From the NCBI RefSeq assembly GCF_009834535.1, contig NC_045701.1:29636001-29700000 (forward strand): a stretch of 64,000 nt of DNA. Direction: 5' to 3'. The notes below the pieces were generated by a model. That model did no database searches. It worked only from the letters and a program-made list of their open reading frames with translations, and was not told where the DNA came from. The DNA comes from Camelus ferus. Lineage: Eukaryota. Below, piece after piece: positions 25,130 through 37,877 of the stretch. Position numbers and translations under genes: made by a program. Each line of letters starts with the position of its first letter. Position 1 is the stretch's first letter.

Positions 25130-25815
25130 CAAAGAAGTAAGGTATGACCTATAACCAAGAGAAAAAACAACAAAGAGAAACATGCAGAAATGTTTTAGAT
25201 AAATAGGACTTTTAATTAAAGATTCTAAAATAGATACTGTATAGTCAAGAATTTAAAAGAAAATATGAACATGAGAGAAGAAATAGACGATACAAAAAAA
25301 GAACCAAATGGAATTTTTGAAGTTGTAAAGTTCAGTGTACAGACTGAAAAATTCCATCTGAAGTACAAAGAAACAACAAAATCCCTGGATGGAAAATAGA
25401 AACCGTCTACACTAAAGTAGACACTGAAAAAAATTGGGGGAAAAATGAACAGAGCCTCAGTGGCTTATGAAAAATATCAAGTAATCTATCATATGTGGTA
25501 TTGGAGACAGGGAGTGCAGAAAAAATATTTGAAGAAATAATGCTCAAAAAATTCTAAATGTAATGGAAAGTATAAGCCCACAGATCAAAGGACAAAATGA
25601 AGTTAGACTGTCTCAGGAAAACAAAATGAAATAGAATAACATCAAGACATAGGAATGCTGAAAATGAGTAATGAAAACATCTTAAATCTGAAAGAGGAAA
25701 AAAGATACTTTATATTCAGAAGAGCAAAAAATTAAATAACTTCGGACTTTTTTCAGAAACTATGCAAGCTATCTTTAAAATACTAAAGAATCCTCTCAAC
25801 CTAGAATTCTACAAC
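25130..25815 (+). mobile_element. Old L1 ORF1-region fragment
   Basis: A-rich ORF1-like 'gaaatagacgatacaaaaaaagaaccaaatggaatt...gaagaaataatgctcaaaaaattctaaatg'. Confidence 0.6.
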
Positions 25816-25816
25816 A

Positions 25817-25893
25817 AAAGAAAGGAAGAAGGAAGGAAGGAAGGAAGAAAGGAAAGAAAGAGAAAGAAAGAGAAAGAAAGGAAAAAGAAAGAT
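25817..25893 (+). repeat. (GGAA/GAAA)n purine microsatellite
   Basis: 'aaaagaaaggaagaaggaaggaaggaaggaagaaaggaaagaaagagaaagaaagagaaagaaagg'. Confidence 0.9.
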
Positions 25894-25959
25894 GAAACAG
25901 CTAAAATAACCATTTATGTCTAATGACTACTAACTTAGGCCGTTTGATTCTTTCCTGGT

Positions 25960-26720
25960 CAAATTAAAACAAGCTATTTGGATTATTGCTGGGGTTTCCA
26001 GAATGAAGGCCATGTTGCTCTTTGTAAATCAACCACCTTAAGTCCTGAAGACGGTAAGACTATTGAAAGAAAAGGGGAAATCTGCATGACAATTGCTGTC
26101 AAGTGTCCCATAGCTAGCATTGCAGGAGGAATTAGGCTGGTGACCACAGTGGTATTTAGATATTGATAGTCTCTTAAGCCAGTGGTCTTGCTGTTTGGTC
26201 AAGTAAATTGTCCCTAGATAATTGGAAAATAAAATCACTCTCATCTTGAGTATTCAGTCATGGAAACCTTTATGGAAACTCTGAGGAAGATTAAAACAGG
26301 TCATATAAAAACCACCCAAAAATTACCTGGTGCTGAGCCAGGAGATTGGAATGCTAAGGTCTTAGATGATTTAGGGATTCTTAGAACCAGTCACATGAGA
26401 TCATGAAATAAAAGAACGTGGGAACATCCAAACAAAGAAAAGATGGGCATACTTCTTTCGCACCTGCTGACGCCACTGTTCTGAACTGAACTCAGTGCCC
26501 CTGAGAAAAATAATCTGAAGATGATTTTAGGCAGATTTCTTTGAAATCAAGGGCCTGCACAAAACCAGCACATGGATTATATTGGACTCCTTCCTGAAGC
26601 CCCAGTGGTCTAAAAATTAGTATTCAATAGAATTGACACCTGTTTAGCTCTTAAGATCTGCTGGGGCTGTAACAGAAGCAACCACCGCGAATACAAGTGA
26701 AGGTTTACAACACTGTCGAG
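25960..26720 (+). mobile_element. ERV-L/MaLR internal pol relic (RNase H-like and integrase motifs)
   Basis: Manual translation gives ASGLAVWSSKLSLDNWKIK from 26178 (cf. ANGLA.WS..W...NWKI) and GPAQNQHMDYIGLLPEAPVV*KLVFNRIDT at 26551-26640 (cf. ERV-L integrase WQVDYIGPLP...VLTGIDT). Confidence 0.7.
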
Positions 26721-28280
26721 TCTATCAGTGTTTCACATGGATACAATTTCTCTGATAAAGGCATTTTACTGTTACTAATATACAAAAGTGAGCAAAGAAA
26801 CATTGGATTACATGGTATGTCACATTTCTTATCACTCTTCGAGCAGTGGTCTTATTGAAAATTGAAAACAAACAGTTCAGAGCATATCTTACTTTAAATA
26901 GGAGTGGATAAAGGCGTGAAAGTCTGCTAATAGTATTGGTAAAATGTAAAATTTCAATTGGGTATGAAAGAGAGCAAATGGGATACTCCACAGGAAAAGT
27001 TTCTTAGAACTGAAGGTAGGAATGAGAAAATAGAGGGAAATATAATTACCCAACTTTATATCTTCATGTCTTCTGTTTTGATAGACTCGCTTGTGAGTAA
27101 AATAGTGCCAGACCTAATGGTAGCATACAGTAAATGTTAAATATGATTTTGCATTTGATACTTTTTAGTACTCTTCAAGTAAATTTTCATATTAGAATTC
27201 CCCAGACCTAATAGTGGTTTTATATTGCCCCTCTTAACTGTTGTTTGTAAAACATACCAGTTTCTGTAATTATGCAGTGCCAAAAAAAGTTTCCTCTTTT
27301 GTAATTTAGGGAAAACAACACCGCGTCTTTAATAATTCCCATTGGTATTTGATCATCAGCTGGGTATTGTTAGGTCTCAAAATATATTCTTTCTTTATCA
27401 TCACCCACTCAATATTTATGATCCCTTTTTGCCAGAGAAAATATTTATTTTTGTCATTATTTGAGAGATAATGCCATTATTTTTGGAATGAGAAGCTGTC
27501 CAGATTTCAATATGCCCTGAGTCAAGTAATGTTCTGAAACACTCTGTAGAACTGGTAAGTCATGGAGGCAGTTTTAATGTAGATTAAAACAATATAGAAA
27601 CATTCCTGGATACTGACTTATAATCATAGTGTACAGATATAATCAGATGTGAAAAGCCATTTAGAAGCTGAACAATGTGACAAAATTATAGAATTTTAGA
27701 AAGCATTATTAATTCTAGTTGGCATACAAATATAGCATGTTCTTATTATAAGTCTGACAACATGGGGCAAATTATATAATTGAATATACTTTATTACAAT
27801 TTAAGTGATTTTATTTTCCATCATCTAAACAGTTTCCATGTCAAACTTCATCGCATCAGTGTTATTGCCAATAAAAATTTTATAGCATTTGCAATCTATG
27901 CCAAAGAGTGATTGATTATTCAAGAGGTAACTGGCTGAATGGAATCTTCACTTTTGTTTTCAAAACTGTTTTATTCCCTTGTGCTTATAAACCTACCAGA
28001 TCTAACACATCAATTTCTTATTCTGCTTTTTAAACAAAAATACATCAGCTAAATTAACTAGTATCATGTGGACAAGAACACAACCTTTGGCAAATCTAAC
28101 CTAAGCTATAATTGCTCTTATTTAATGTTTTTCTATATGAAGATTATAAATAATTGAAATATAAATTTTAATAGAATAAAGCATTGATATGTTCTGTTAT
28201 ATTTAGACATTTTGTTCTTTGTAGATCAAGCATTAAATGATCAATCACAATTTGTCTTTTTGATGATTGTCATCTCCTAT

Positions 28281-28495
28281 TGACAGGGAGCAGGACCCTG
28301 TGGGCTCTTCCTAATACAAATCCTTTCTGCGCCCCGTTTCTCTTTTGTAGGACACAGTCTTCCTGCAGCCTCCTTGACCTTCCCTGAGTTCCAAAGGGCA
28401 GATTCAAACAGTTACTAATCAGGGAAGGGAGGGAACACAGAGACAAGTGAGGCAGGAGCAGTCAAGAAACAATAGTGCAGCCCGTGCAAGGACCC
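28281..28495 (+). mobile_element. 5' part of an ERV1-class LTR (cetartiodactyl type), truncated
   Basis: Starts TGACAGGGAGCAGG and contains 'cagcctccttgaccttccctgagttccaaagggcagattcaaacagtt.ctaatcagggaag...ggagcagtcaagaaacaatagtgcagcc', as recalled for artiodactyl ERV1 LTRs. Confidence 0.55.
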
Positions 28496-28825
28496 ACATT
28501 TTAGTGGGGCTCCTAATTCAGGGGTCTCTCCCTCCACTAACACTATGAGTAAATTTCAAATTCTAATGCCCAGTTCATGTATATTTATTACACATGAGTC
28601 TACACATTAGAATTAAAATGTTGATTTCAAAGTTTCACATATCTTTATCCCCAGCCATTTCAGAGTAATCTGAAAGTTTTTCACCTAACAAAGGCAAGTT
28701 AAGGCACTTTGTTTTCTGCAGGAAAGGAGGATGCCAGGCAGACAATCAAAATGATCCTTTTGAAAACATAGTCTTTATCTCTTTGCTCTGTCTTCTCCTG
28801 CCCTCTCCATACCCTTAGGGAGACT

Positions 28826-28863
<38 letters not shown>

Positions 28864-28871
28864 ATGTGTGT
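28826..28871 (+). repeat. (TG)n microsatellite
   Basis: Direct reading of the sequence. Confidence 0.95.
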
Positions 28872-29400
28872 TTAAATTTTAGTGTTGAAAACCTATATAT
28901 GAAAATGCCCTTTAAAGGAAAATCATAGATTAGTGCAAGTTAATACTATAAAAACAGAAAGGAACAAGAGTAGAAACATTCTTTGGTGTGTAAAAACTAT
29001 TAGTTATATATCGTTAGCTGTATTACTCAAAAAAAAAAACCCAGAATTTTTTTAAAGTTGTATTTTAAATATCTATGTGCTTTCACTCACTCACTCCATC
29101 AACAACTCTTATTGATGGCCTTTATAAACTATGTTATGAGGCAAATAACAGTAATTTATTTTCAAGGACCTTAAAAATGATTTGGGGAAAGAAACGACAC
29201 TAGAAATTAAATCCTAAAAATGAAGGAAGCTTGAATTAGAATAAACTTGTCTAACTCTTTCTCCAGTGTTACTTCTGTTTCAGAAGATTAATACTTTATA
29301 CATGTGATGTACTTATAAAATAATTAAGGTGTAGAACACATGATACAAGCCATAAATACAGTGGAAACTGTTATGGGTTTCATATCTAGGGAAGGTTTTT

Positions 29401-29442
29401 GTTGTTGTTGTTGTTGTTGTTGTTGTTATTATTATTATTATT
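29401..29442 (+). repeat. Compound (GTT)9(ATT)5 microsatellite
   Basis: Direct reading of the sequence. Confidence 0.95.
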
Positions 29443-29619
29443 TAGGAGAGAGGTCTTGAGATGCCAAGAGAGATTTGGTATTTTGGACAGAGGAATTTGT
29501 GTAGCTAAAAAGAAGAAAACAAGCAAAGATGGGGAAAATATGTATGAAGAATGTAGAAAACCATGAGGTTGTTTCTATTGAAATAGAAGTTCAATTTTTG
29601 CCACACTAGAAAATAGTAT

Positions 29620-30365
29620 TGGAATTTATTTTATTGACATATAGTCTTTTTACAATATGTCAATTTCTGGTGTACAGCATAAAGTTTCAGTCACACATAA
29701 ACATATATATATTCATTTTCATATTCTTTTCATTATAGGTTACTATAAGATATAGTTCTCTGTGCTGTACAATAGAAACTTGTTGTTTATTTTATATATA
29801 GTAGTTTGTCTCTGCAAATCTCTAACTTCCAATTTATCCTTTCCCACCCCCTGGACCCATATTAATCATAAGTTTGTTTTCTATGCCTGTGAGTCTGTTT
29901 CCTGTTTTGTAAATAAGTTTATTTGTGTCTTTTTTTAGATTCCACATATAGGTGATGTCACATGGTATTTTTCTTTCTCTTTCTGACTTACTTCACTTAG
30001 AATGATGATCTCCAGGTCCATCCATGTTCTTGCAAATGGCATNNNNNNNNNNNNNNNNNNNNNNNNNNNNNNNNNNNNNNNNNNNNNNNNNNNNNNNNNN
30101 NNNNNNNNNNNNNNNNNNNNNNNNNNNNNNNNNNNNNNNNNNNNNNNNNNNNNNNNNNNNNNNNNNNNNNNNNNNNNNNNNNNNNNNNNTGCATGTATCT
30201 TTTTGAATTAGTTCNNNNNNNNNNNNNNNNNNNNNNNNNNNNNNNNNNNNNNNNNNNNNNNNNNNNNNNNNNNNNNNNNNNNNNNNNNNNNNNNNNNNNN
30301 NNNNNNNNNNNNNNNNNNNNNNNNNNNNNNNNNNNNNNNNNNNGTTCCCTTTTCTCCAGACCCTC
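29620..30365 (-). mobile_element. L1 3' end (cetartiodactyl/camelid-type), partly N-masked
   Basis: 'tttattgacatatagtc...tttttagattccacatataggtgatgtcacatggtatttttctttctctttctgacttacttcacttagaatg'. Confidence 0.85.
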
Positions 30366-31427
30366 TAAAGTATTTAACTTTTATGATTGGTAACTTTTAT
30401 AAGGGGCTGATTTTGAAGGCCTAAGAGAATTCACAGATTTATAAGGTAGTTATGTAATTACAGTTTTTTTTTTAAAGAAAACAATGATATGATGAAAACA
30501 GAATTTTAAATAATGTTAAATTCCTAAAAACAAACCATATTTGTGGAGTGATGACATTATGTATCATCTACAAAATGAAATTCTATACAGCTGAAAAATT
30601 TAAGAATTTTTATGTGCTCATATGAACATAGTTTTAATGTTCTAAGTGAAACACCCAAGGAAGATAACTATGTATATAGCATGAACATGGTTGTCTTAAT
30701 AAAAGACAAATGTAAACATACACTAATACCCAAAACACATACACAACACACACACACACACAAACTTGTCTGACTCTTGCTCCTGTGTTTCTATTTCAAA
30801 AGATTTCAGAAGATTAATACCATACTAATATGCATGTTATTTTTCTTAAAATCTATCTCAGAAACAAATCGTTTACAGTTAGTTATCCTATTATGTGTGA
30901 CTTGTTTTTTTCCATTAGTGTAAGCTTCTTTTATTTTTAAGTTAAAGGAAAATTACATTTCTAACAAATGTTTTTTAAAGTGATATTTGTTTCTGTTTTA
31001 AAATGCTTCAACATTCAATTTGTTATATGATTATAGTTCCCAATTTCTGTTGATTTTGTTTTAAAACTGATTTTAATCTAGATTCTAAATATGTGTTATA
31101 TAGTCCATTTATTCATTCATTCATTCAACAGACATTTGAGTGACATGCACTATTCTGGATACTAGAATGGGTATAAATTACTTTGTGTATCTTTGGAAAC
31201 TGCCTTGCTCTCTTTAAAAGCAGTTTCAAAAGTTAAGATTTCAAAAAGAAGTGTCAGTATGAATCCTTAAAATATTAGACACATAATCTTTCTAGACATG
31301 GAGATGAATAACTTTACATACTTGATGTAATTTAGTACTTTACATCAATCCACGTTTCTCTGAGTAGGAAATTGGCCAAAAGATACATTTATATAGGGAA
31401 AAATACATTCACCCAGTTGGAAAATGT

Positions 31428-31606
31428 ACCCATGGGGTTGTCTTAAAGAAACAATATATAGCATTGTGATGCTTCTTTCTGTTTCTGATGATTGGGAGAG
31501 TAAATTGCAGGAAATTAATAGGGTACAAGAAAAGGAGATGCAAGACTATTCCTGGGAGTAATATAAGGCACCTCCATATGAAATTATTTTCTTCTCTCTG
31601 GTAAGT
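31428..31606 (+). promoter_or_regulatory. Candidate OR4K13 promoter and first exon
   Basis: O/E (EBF)-like ACCCATGGGG at 31428-31437, TATA-like AATATAAG near 31560, and donor CTG|GTAAGT at 31600/31601. A strong acceptor TGTTTTTATTTTTGTTTTTCAG| ends at 32566. Confidence 0.45.
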
Positions 31607-32787
31607 AATAATGGAAAAAAAGGCTATACTTTATTGAAAGAGCTTTGTAAAAACCTAGATGATTTAGAAATCACTAGTGATGAAAGCAAGTTTTTGAAAA
31701 GCAAAGCCGGTAAAATCAGTTTTGCAATAAGCATGGGCTGATGACAAAGCTGTTTCATAAATGTAGATGATTTTACCGAAAGACCTGTATTTCTCTTACC
31801 AACATAGATTAGTTACCTCAAGCTCTTTTAGTCATTTTGAAGCCTGTGATAAATAAACCTGCACAATCCAACCAGTTACCCTCTATATAGCAACAAACAA
31901 GCTATAAGAAAATGAATGAATGCAAACTGAATATGAAATAAATTCATTTACGTTTGGCTGTGGGTTTTCTTCATCCTTCATATTGCTTACCAAATTCTAT
32001 AAGAGGTGTTTGATGTGAATAATGTTAAATTTTGAGTGAGTTATTACATATATGTGTGTATATATATAATTATTCAAAAGTGTTTTTCAAAAGTGTGTAA
32101 CAACCATCACTATTACTAGAATAAGCTTGAGAGATTGCTGCAAGAATGAATCAGGGAAGAGTGAGGGTACATTTCTCAGGACCTAAATCCTTAGTTTAAT
32201 TAACTAATGTTTTCATTCATAGTTCTTTACTAGAATCTATTTCAAAATACGATTCTTGAGGATCCTGGATGTATTTTCTACATTTACAATTCCCAGATTA
32301 AAAGCAATATTATTCAGTGAATATAGAACCCACCATGATCACTATCTTATTCATGGAGATCTTTATAGCACAAAGATGTATTTGATATCATGTGATCCAA
32401 CTTTTTAATTTTACTGAGGAGGAAATTTAATCCTCAAAAGGAGAGTTATTTGTCTTGGGGTGCACAATGACTAGCTCAGCTAGATGTTGTATTGAAGCCT
32501 TCTGATTCTAAGTTCACAATCTATACAGTTGTGGTTTCATGTACTGTTTTTATTTTTGTTTTTCAGAAGTACATATTCTAAATTCTACTGACTATTTGGT
32601 ATACTTCTCTGGGCCATTTAGGAAATCACTGACCAATAAAAATCTCCCTGAAGTAGATGTCTGTAAGTTCAAGTACTTGGTCTGAGTAGCAAAACTGGAC
32701 ATCAATGTGAACCATCCTTTCTGTAAACACAATTTTCCTACTTCTTATTCTCACTCATTTTGATTATTATGGAATTAAGCTGACAGC

Positions 32788-33726
32788 ATGGAAAAGGCAA
32801 ACCATTCAATGGTATCTGAGTTCATTTTGCTGGGACTTTCCAAATCTCAGAATCTTCAGATTTTATTCTTCCTGGGATTCTCTGTGGTCTATGCAGGGAT
32901 TGTTCTAGGAAACCTCCTCATCTTGGTCACTGTGACCTTTGACTCATGCCTTCACACACCAATGTATTTTCTGCTTATCAATCTTTCCTGTATTGATACG
33001 ATCCTGGCTTCTTTTGCTACCCCTAAGATGATTGTAGATTTCCTCCGAGAACGGAAGACCATCTCCTGGTGGGGATGTTATTCTCAGATGTTCTTCATGC
33101 ACCTCCTAGGTGGGAGTGAGATGATGCTGCTTGTAGCCATGGCAATAGACAGATACGTTGCCATATGCAAACCCCTCCATTACATGACCATCATGAGCCC
33201 TCGAGTGCTCATTGGGCTACTGTTATCCTCCTATGCAGTGGGATTTGTGCACTCATCTAGTCAAATGGCTTTCATGTTGAATTTGCCCTTCTGTGGTCCC
33301 AATGTAGTGGACAGCTTTTTCTGTGACCTTCCCCTTGTGATCAAACTTGCCTGCAAGGACACCTATATGCTGCAACTCCTGGTCATTGCTGACAGTAGCC
33401 TCTTGTCCCTGGTCTGCTTCCTCCTCTTGCTTGTCTCCTACACAGTAATCATATGCTCTGTTCGGCACTGCACTGCTAGTGGCTCCTCTAAGGCCTTCTC
33501 CACTCTCTCAGCGCACATCACAGTTGTGACTCTGTTCTTTGCCCCTTGTGTCTTTATCTATGTATGGCCCTTCAGCCAATACTCTGTAGATAAAATTCTT
33601 TCTGTGTTTTATACAATTTTCACACCTCTCTTAAATCCCATTATTTATACACTAAGGAATCAAGAGGTAAAAGCAGCCATTAAGAAGATAAGGACTCGAC
33701 ATATAAATTCAAAACATACTTTGTAG
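32788..33726 (+). CDS. OR4K13: Olfactory receptor 4K13 ortholog, intact, 312 aa
   Basis: Full OR motifs. MEKANHS..SEFILLGLSKSQNLQILFFLGFSVV and KTISWWGCYSQMFFMHLLGGSEMMLL match recalled human OR4K13 almost residue for residue. Confidence 0.93.
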   Translation: MEKANHSMVSEFILLGLSKSQNLQILFFLGFSVVYAGIVLGNLLILVTVTFDSCLHTPMYFLLINLSCIDTILASFATPKMIVDFLRERKTISWWGCYSQMFFMHLLGGSEMMLLVAMAIDRYVAICKPLHYMTIMSPRVLIGLLLSSYAVGFVHSSSQMAFMLNLPFCGPNVVDSFFCDLPLVIKLACKDTYMLQLLVIADSSLLSLVCFLLLLVSYTVIICSVRHCTASGSSKAFSTLSAHITVVTLFFAPCVFIYVWPFSQYSVDKILSVFYTIFTPLLNPIIYTLRNQEVKAAIKKIRTRHINSKHTL

Positions 33727-33854
33727 ATGACACTTCTGAAGAGAGAATCTCTCATTTGGACATTGTTAACTTTAAATGTATTTCAACTTCTGTATTAGGA
33801 AACAGTAGGTATAACTGTTAAAAAGCAAACCCTTTTTTTTGTCACCTATAATGA

Positions 33855-33950
33855 TTAAAAGCATGGTGTCTACAGTCTGGCAGGCGTGCATTTAAATCTC
33901 ACCTTCACCACTTCCTCTCATGCAAATTTGAACAAAATGAATGTTTAATC
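33855..33950 (+). mobile_element. MIR fragment
   Basis: 'aaaagcatggtgtctacagtctggcaggcgtgcatttaaatctcaccttcaccactt' resembles the MIR 5' region. Confidence 0.55.
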
Positions 33951-34139
33951 CTTACAAAATACATTATTATTATTGCTATTATAGCTGTTGTTAGTAGTAT
34001 TGATATTCTGCATTTACATGGTGTACACAGATGACATGTCACATAGTTGTTTAGCCGAGTGTCTGGCGAACCACTGTTCAGAGCTAGAGAACAGTATTTT
34101 GTAGGTAATCCCTACAAGTGTGTATTATTTTTTGTTTAC

Positions 34140-34550
34140 TTGCTTGTCACAGTGATTCTAATCATTCTTCACATATTTTGTGAGCCTACGAAGTGCCAGA
34201 AGATATATTTAAGGCTTCATGAAACTTACAGTCTACGGATGGGGAGAGTGAACTAAATTTGCAATTGTGTTGTTGCATGAACAGCGCTACATTACATGGA
34301 TGCACTAGGTGCTGGAGGAGTGCAGAGGAGTGGCATCTAAATCAGGGCAGGGGCAGGAAAGTATTCCAGGAGAGGGAAGCATTTAGGGTAAGCACTGGCA
34401 AGACAGAGAAGAAAGACATTCCAGACAAAGGGGGCAGTACAGGAGAATGCCTGGAAGCAGGAAGCATGACATATTGGAGGAAGGCATGTAAGTTTATTGA
34501 GCTGGGACAAGGGGGTTGATGGCAAGAGGTAGGGAAAATGCAGTCTGATC
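34140..34550 (-). mobile_element. LINE-2 fragment
   Basis: 'gtgagcctacgaagtgccagaag...cttcatgaaacttacagtctacggatggggagag' followed by purine-rich L2 text. Confidence 0.6.
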
Positions 34551-36409
34551 ACACATTATTTTATTTTAATTTTGATGAGGTCATTTTCAATTGTATTTTC
34601 TTGTTATTTCTGAAATGAAGAAAATCTACTCATATATACACATATATTTATGTATTTACTTGAAATTAGCTGCTAAACTAAACTCTAAATAACTCAGAAT
34701 TTTAGTCAGTTTTGGGGGGATTTAGTGTATAACGTTTCATCTGTGTTAAGTCTATGTTTTCTTACTATTTTCAGTATTTTATTTCATGTTTTAGATCATG
34801 ACATGTCTGGGACTTAATACAATTTCTGAATTCTTTTCCTAAAAGCTAAAGAACAAAATTAATATATGCCGTAAAATTCTGAGATAGCTCAACTCCAGCA
34901 AGGATAGTTGCTGATTTTAATATGTTTATACTATATGGTCAATAATTATACATTTTTATGCAAACGACATAGTATTTGGGATGATAAAAAGTACAGTTTG
35001 CATTTGGCTTATTTGATGTAGGTAAATTGACTAATTTCATAGAGCTATTGTCAACATTTCCAATAGATAGAGGTTAAACTTTTAGATAGTATAAGAAATC
35101 TAAGAAAATGAATCTAGTTACAACTCCTAGCAAAAACAGAAACAAGTTTACAAGGAGCTTATGCGCCACCTGGTGACTGCAATCTCCTGTGTTCCTCTTT
35201 CTAGCTTTAAACAAGAAAGCAGAAATTAGGAAGAATTTACAAGGATTGGGTGAAGTTTTTCCAATCCCCTCAATAGACAGGCTATATGCAGTCCTAAGTC
35301 CTGGACCTTCCGAAGAGGCAGTCAGGCTGACTGCCCTCCCACTGTTACCAAAATAGCCACTTCCACAGACACATTTTAATATTATTTTGGGTTTCCCTTC
35401 CCCTAGTACCCATCAGCTAAACCCAGAATTCCAGTGGACATCACAACCCATTAAGTCATCAGTAGGAACTAGACTCTTCTGAAAAAGGCAAGGCAGACTA
35501 GTGACAAGAAATGATCTGGATGTCAAAATCATGGGTTATGATTTTTTTAAATTTATTACCTATGATAGATTTATAAAGCTAAGTCTTTAACTGTCCTAAG
35601 AGTATGGATAAGCCTTCCAAATTTCAGGAGGAAACTAAAATATATATAATACTTATTATCACCTTAGTTTGCAAGATTGTAACCCTTTGTTCAGAGTTAT
35701 TCTCCCAAATGATTTTATTTTGAACATAATCGGTCAGATAGGTTGATTTGTCTCAAGAAAAATAGGAATTGTTGGTGGCTACTAAAAAAAGAGTAGTCAA
35801 AAGCAATTCTTTAGTCTGTATTCAAGACAGATTTTTTAAAAAATTAATAGAGTTGGATAAGAAATTATGTAAATAACTAGGCTATCTAGTGAAGTCTTTG
35901 AGTATCTCAATGTTATTAACTAGTTGCTGTTTTTATCCTCATTTTTATGTATGAGGAAATTGTGGCAGAAGTACTTTACAGTTTATGTAAGTTTCCACAT
36001 CTAGCAAGTAGAAAAACTGAGATTCAAACTCAGTCTGTTTTTAGAAACCATGCACCTCTGCACAATTCTTACGCTGCCTCTGAAGTAGTACCCAAATTTT
36101 GGAAACCAGATGTGTAAATAACCTCCTTTTCAAAATCCAGAAAGAGTTTAAAACATACCAGAGGGCTGGGAAGCTGAGTCCATGGACAAATAAAGCAAAG
36201 GCTAATTATTTTCTCCTATATACTCCAGAAAAAGAAGTGATATAGAACTTCAACTGTTAAGACTCACCTGCTCACAAGTATTGGGGTTTTGAAAAGGACC
36301 ACATAATATAAATATGGTGAAATTTACAAACAGTGTTGATTGTAAAAAGCTAAACACTAAACAGTAAATAATTTATAAATTTACCCATAGAAAGTCTAAA
36401 GAAGAGGAG

Positions 36410-36834
36410 TCGATAAGGTAGTGTCCCTCAAAGATTCATGTCCCCCTGGAACCTCAGAATGTGACCTTAGAAATAGCGTATTTGTGAATACAATTAAGGT
36501 AAGAATCTAAATGAGATCATGCTGGACTAGGGAGCTCCCTAAGTTGAATGAGAGTGCCCAAGGAGACAGAAAAGCACACACAGTTACACAGACAAAAGGC
36601 GTATGAAGACGCAGTTAGGCAGAGATTGGAGCTACGCTGCTGCAAGACAAGGAACACCTGCTAGATGTTTGGAGGAAGCCAGAAAGGATGCTTCCCCAGA
36701 CCCTTCGGAGGGAGCATGGCCCTGCTGACATGTGTATTTCAGACTTCTGACTACACCGTGTGGGAGATAAAATTTCTGTTTTAAGTCCCGATGCTTGTGG
36801 CAGTTTGTTATGGTGGTCCTAGGAAACTAATTCA
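36410..36834 (+). mobile_element. MaLR solo LTR, MLT1B/C-like
   Basis: 'ggaacctcagaatgtgacctt...gcagagattggag...gagggagcatggccctgctgac...gtggcagtttgttatggtggtcctaggaaactaattca'. Confidence 0.85.
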
Positions 36835-37038
36835 ACCAACAAAAGTAGCTTCTTGTACGAGAAAAAAATTAAAGCTAAAAACAAAGTTGCACTATCAAAT
36901 TAACATAAAAATCGAATATTGAATGATGTGAATTGATGGCAAGAATCTAGAAATAGAGGACTCATGCAGTGTGAGAGAATTTTTGCACTATTTAATGAAA
37001 TTAAATATATGCATACACTATTGCCAAGCAATCCCTCT

Positions 37039-37877
37039 CCCCCCCACACAGGTGCTCAGTAAGTGGCAGCTGTCCCTATAAAGACTGATGATGGGAAATG
37101 AGACTGCTTGGACAGACCCGCCACTGACCTCAACACTTCTCCCTTCCTCTGTGCCACAGTGGCCCTGCCCAGGTGCCAATGCCATCAGCCACCAGCCAGC
37201 CCCTGAGAGATTTTAATATGCCCCCTTGGAGACTGGTGAGGGGGTGCCCCTTCCAGAGCACCTCTTCCCAGGAAGGCTCATGGCTCAGCCTAGAGGAGAG
37301 AGGCCAGTGTGGCATGTGGAGGAGACCCAGGACAGAGGGGAACAGAGAGGCTGGAACTCTGCTCCCATTCCTACCTCTACTTCCCCGGGAGGTTGTCCCT
37401 CATCATTCATAGTGACCCTTGGAAGCTGCCCCGTCCTCTGAGAGCTCAGTCTCTGCTCTTCTTCCCTGTACTCAGCTCCATTGTGCTCTCAACTCTGCCA
37501 GAGAGTTCCCCCAAGCAGTTACAACACTGATCATTGTCTGGGTGGGGACCCCATCTATGTCCCCAGCACCTAGACCAGCGTCGGGCACACCGAAGATTAG
37601 AACCAGAGAGGCTAAGCAGCTTCCAAAGATCAACCAGAGCTGGTCTAGGACTCTCACTTTTGATCACAAAGCTGGATTCCCTGTTCTCAGAGCCTTCAAG
37701 TAGGGATCAGTGGGAAGACTGTGCTGCCATTGGAGGCAGCATCTGGGAGCAGCATTCCAGCCTTGAGATCCTAGGAGGAAGGATCCCTCCACTGCAACAG
37801 GAGCTCAGCACCCAACAAGGCAGCCCATTTCCCATCTCATTGTGGGACTTTGGGGTCCCTTTTAGTTATTAAAAAAA
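37039..37877. other. GC-rich non-local segment interrupting an old L1 fragment
   Basis: Abruptly higher GC than the flanks and ends in ATTAAAAAAA. L1 ORF2-end text stops at '...ccaagcaatccctctc' (about 37039) and resumes after 37877. Confidence 0.5.
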
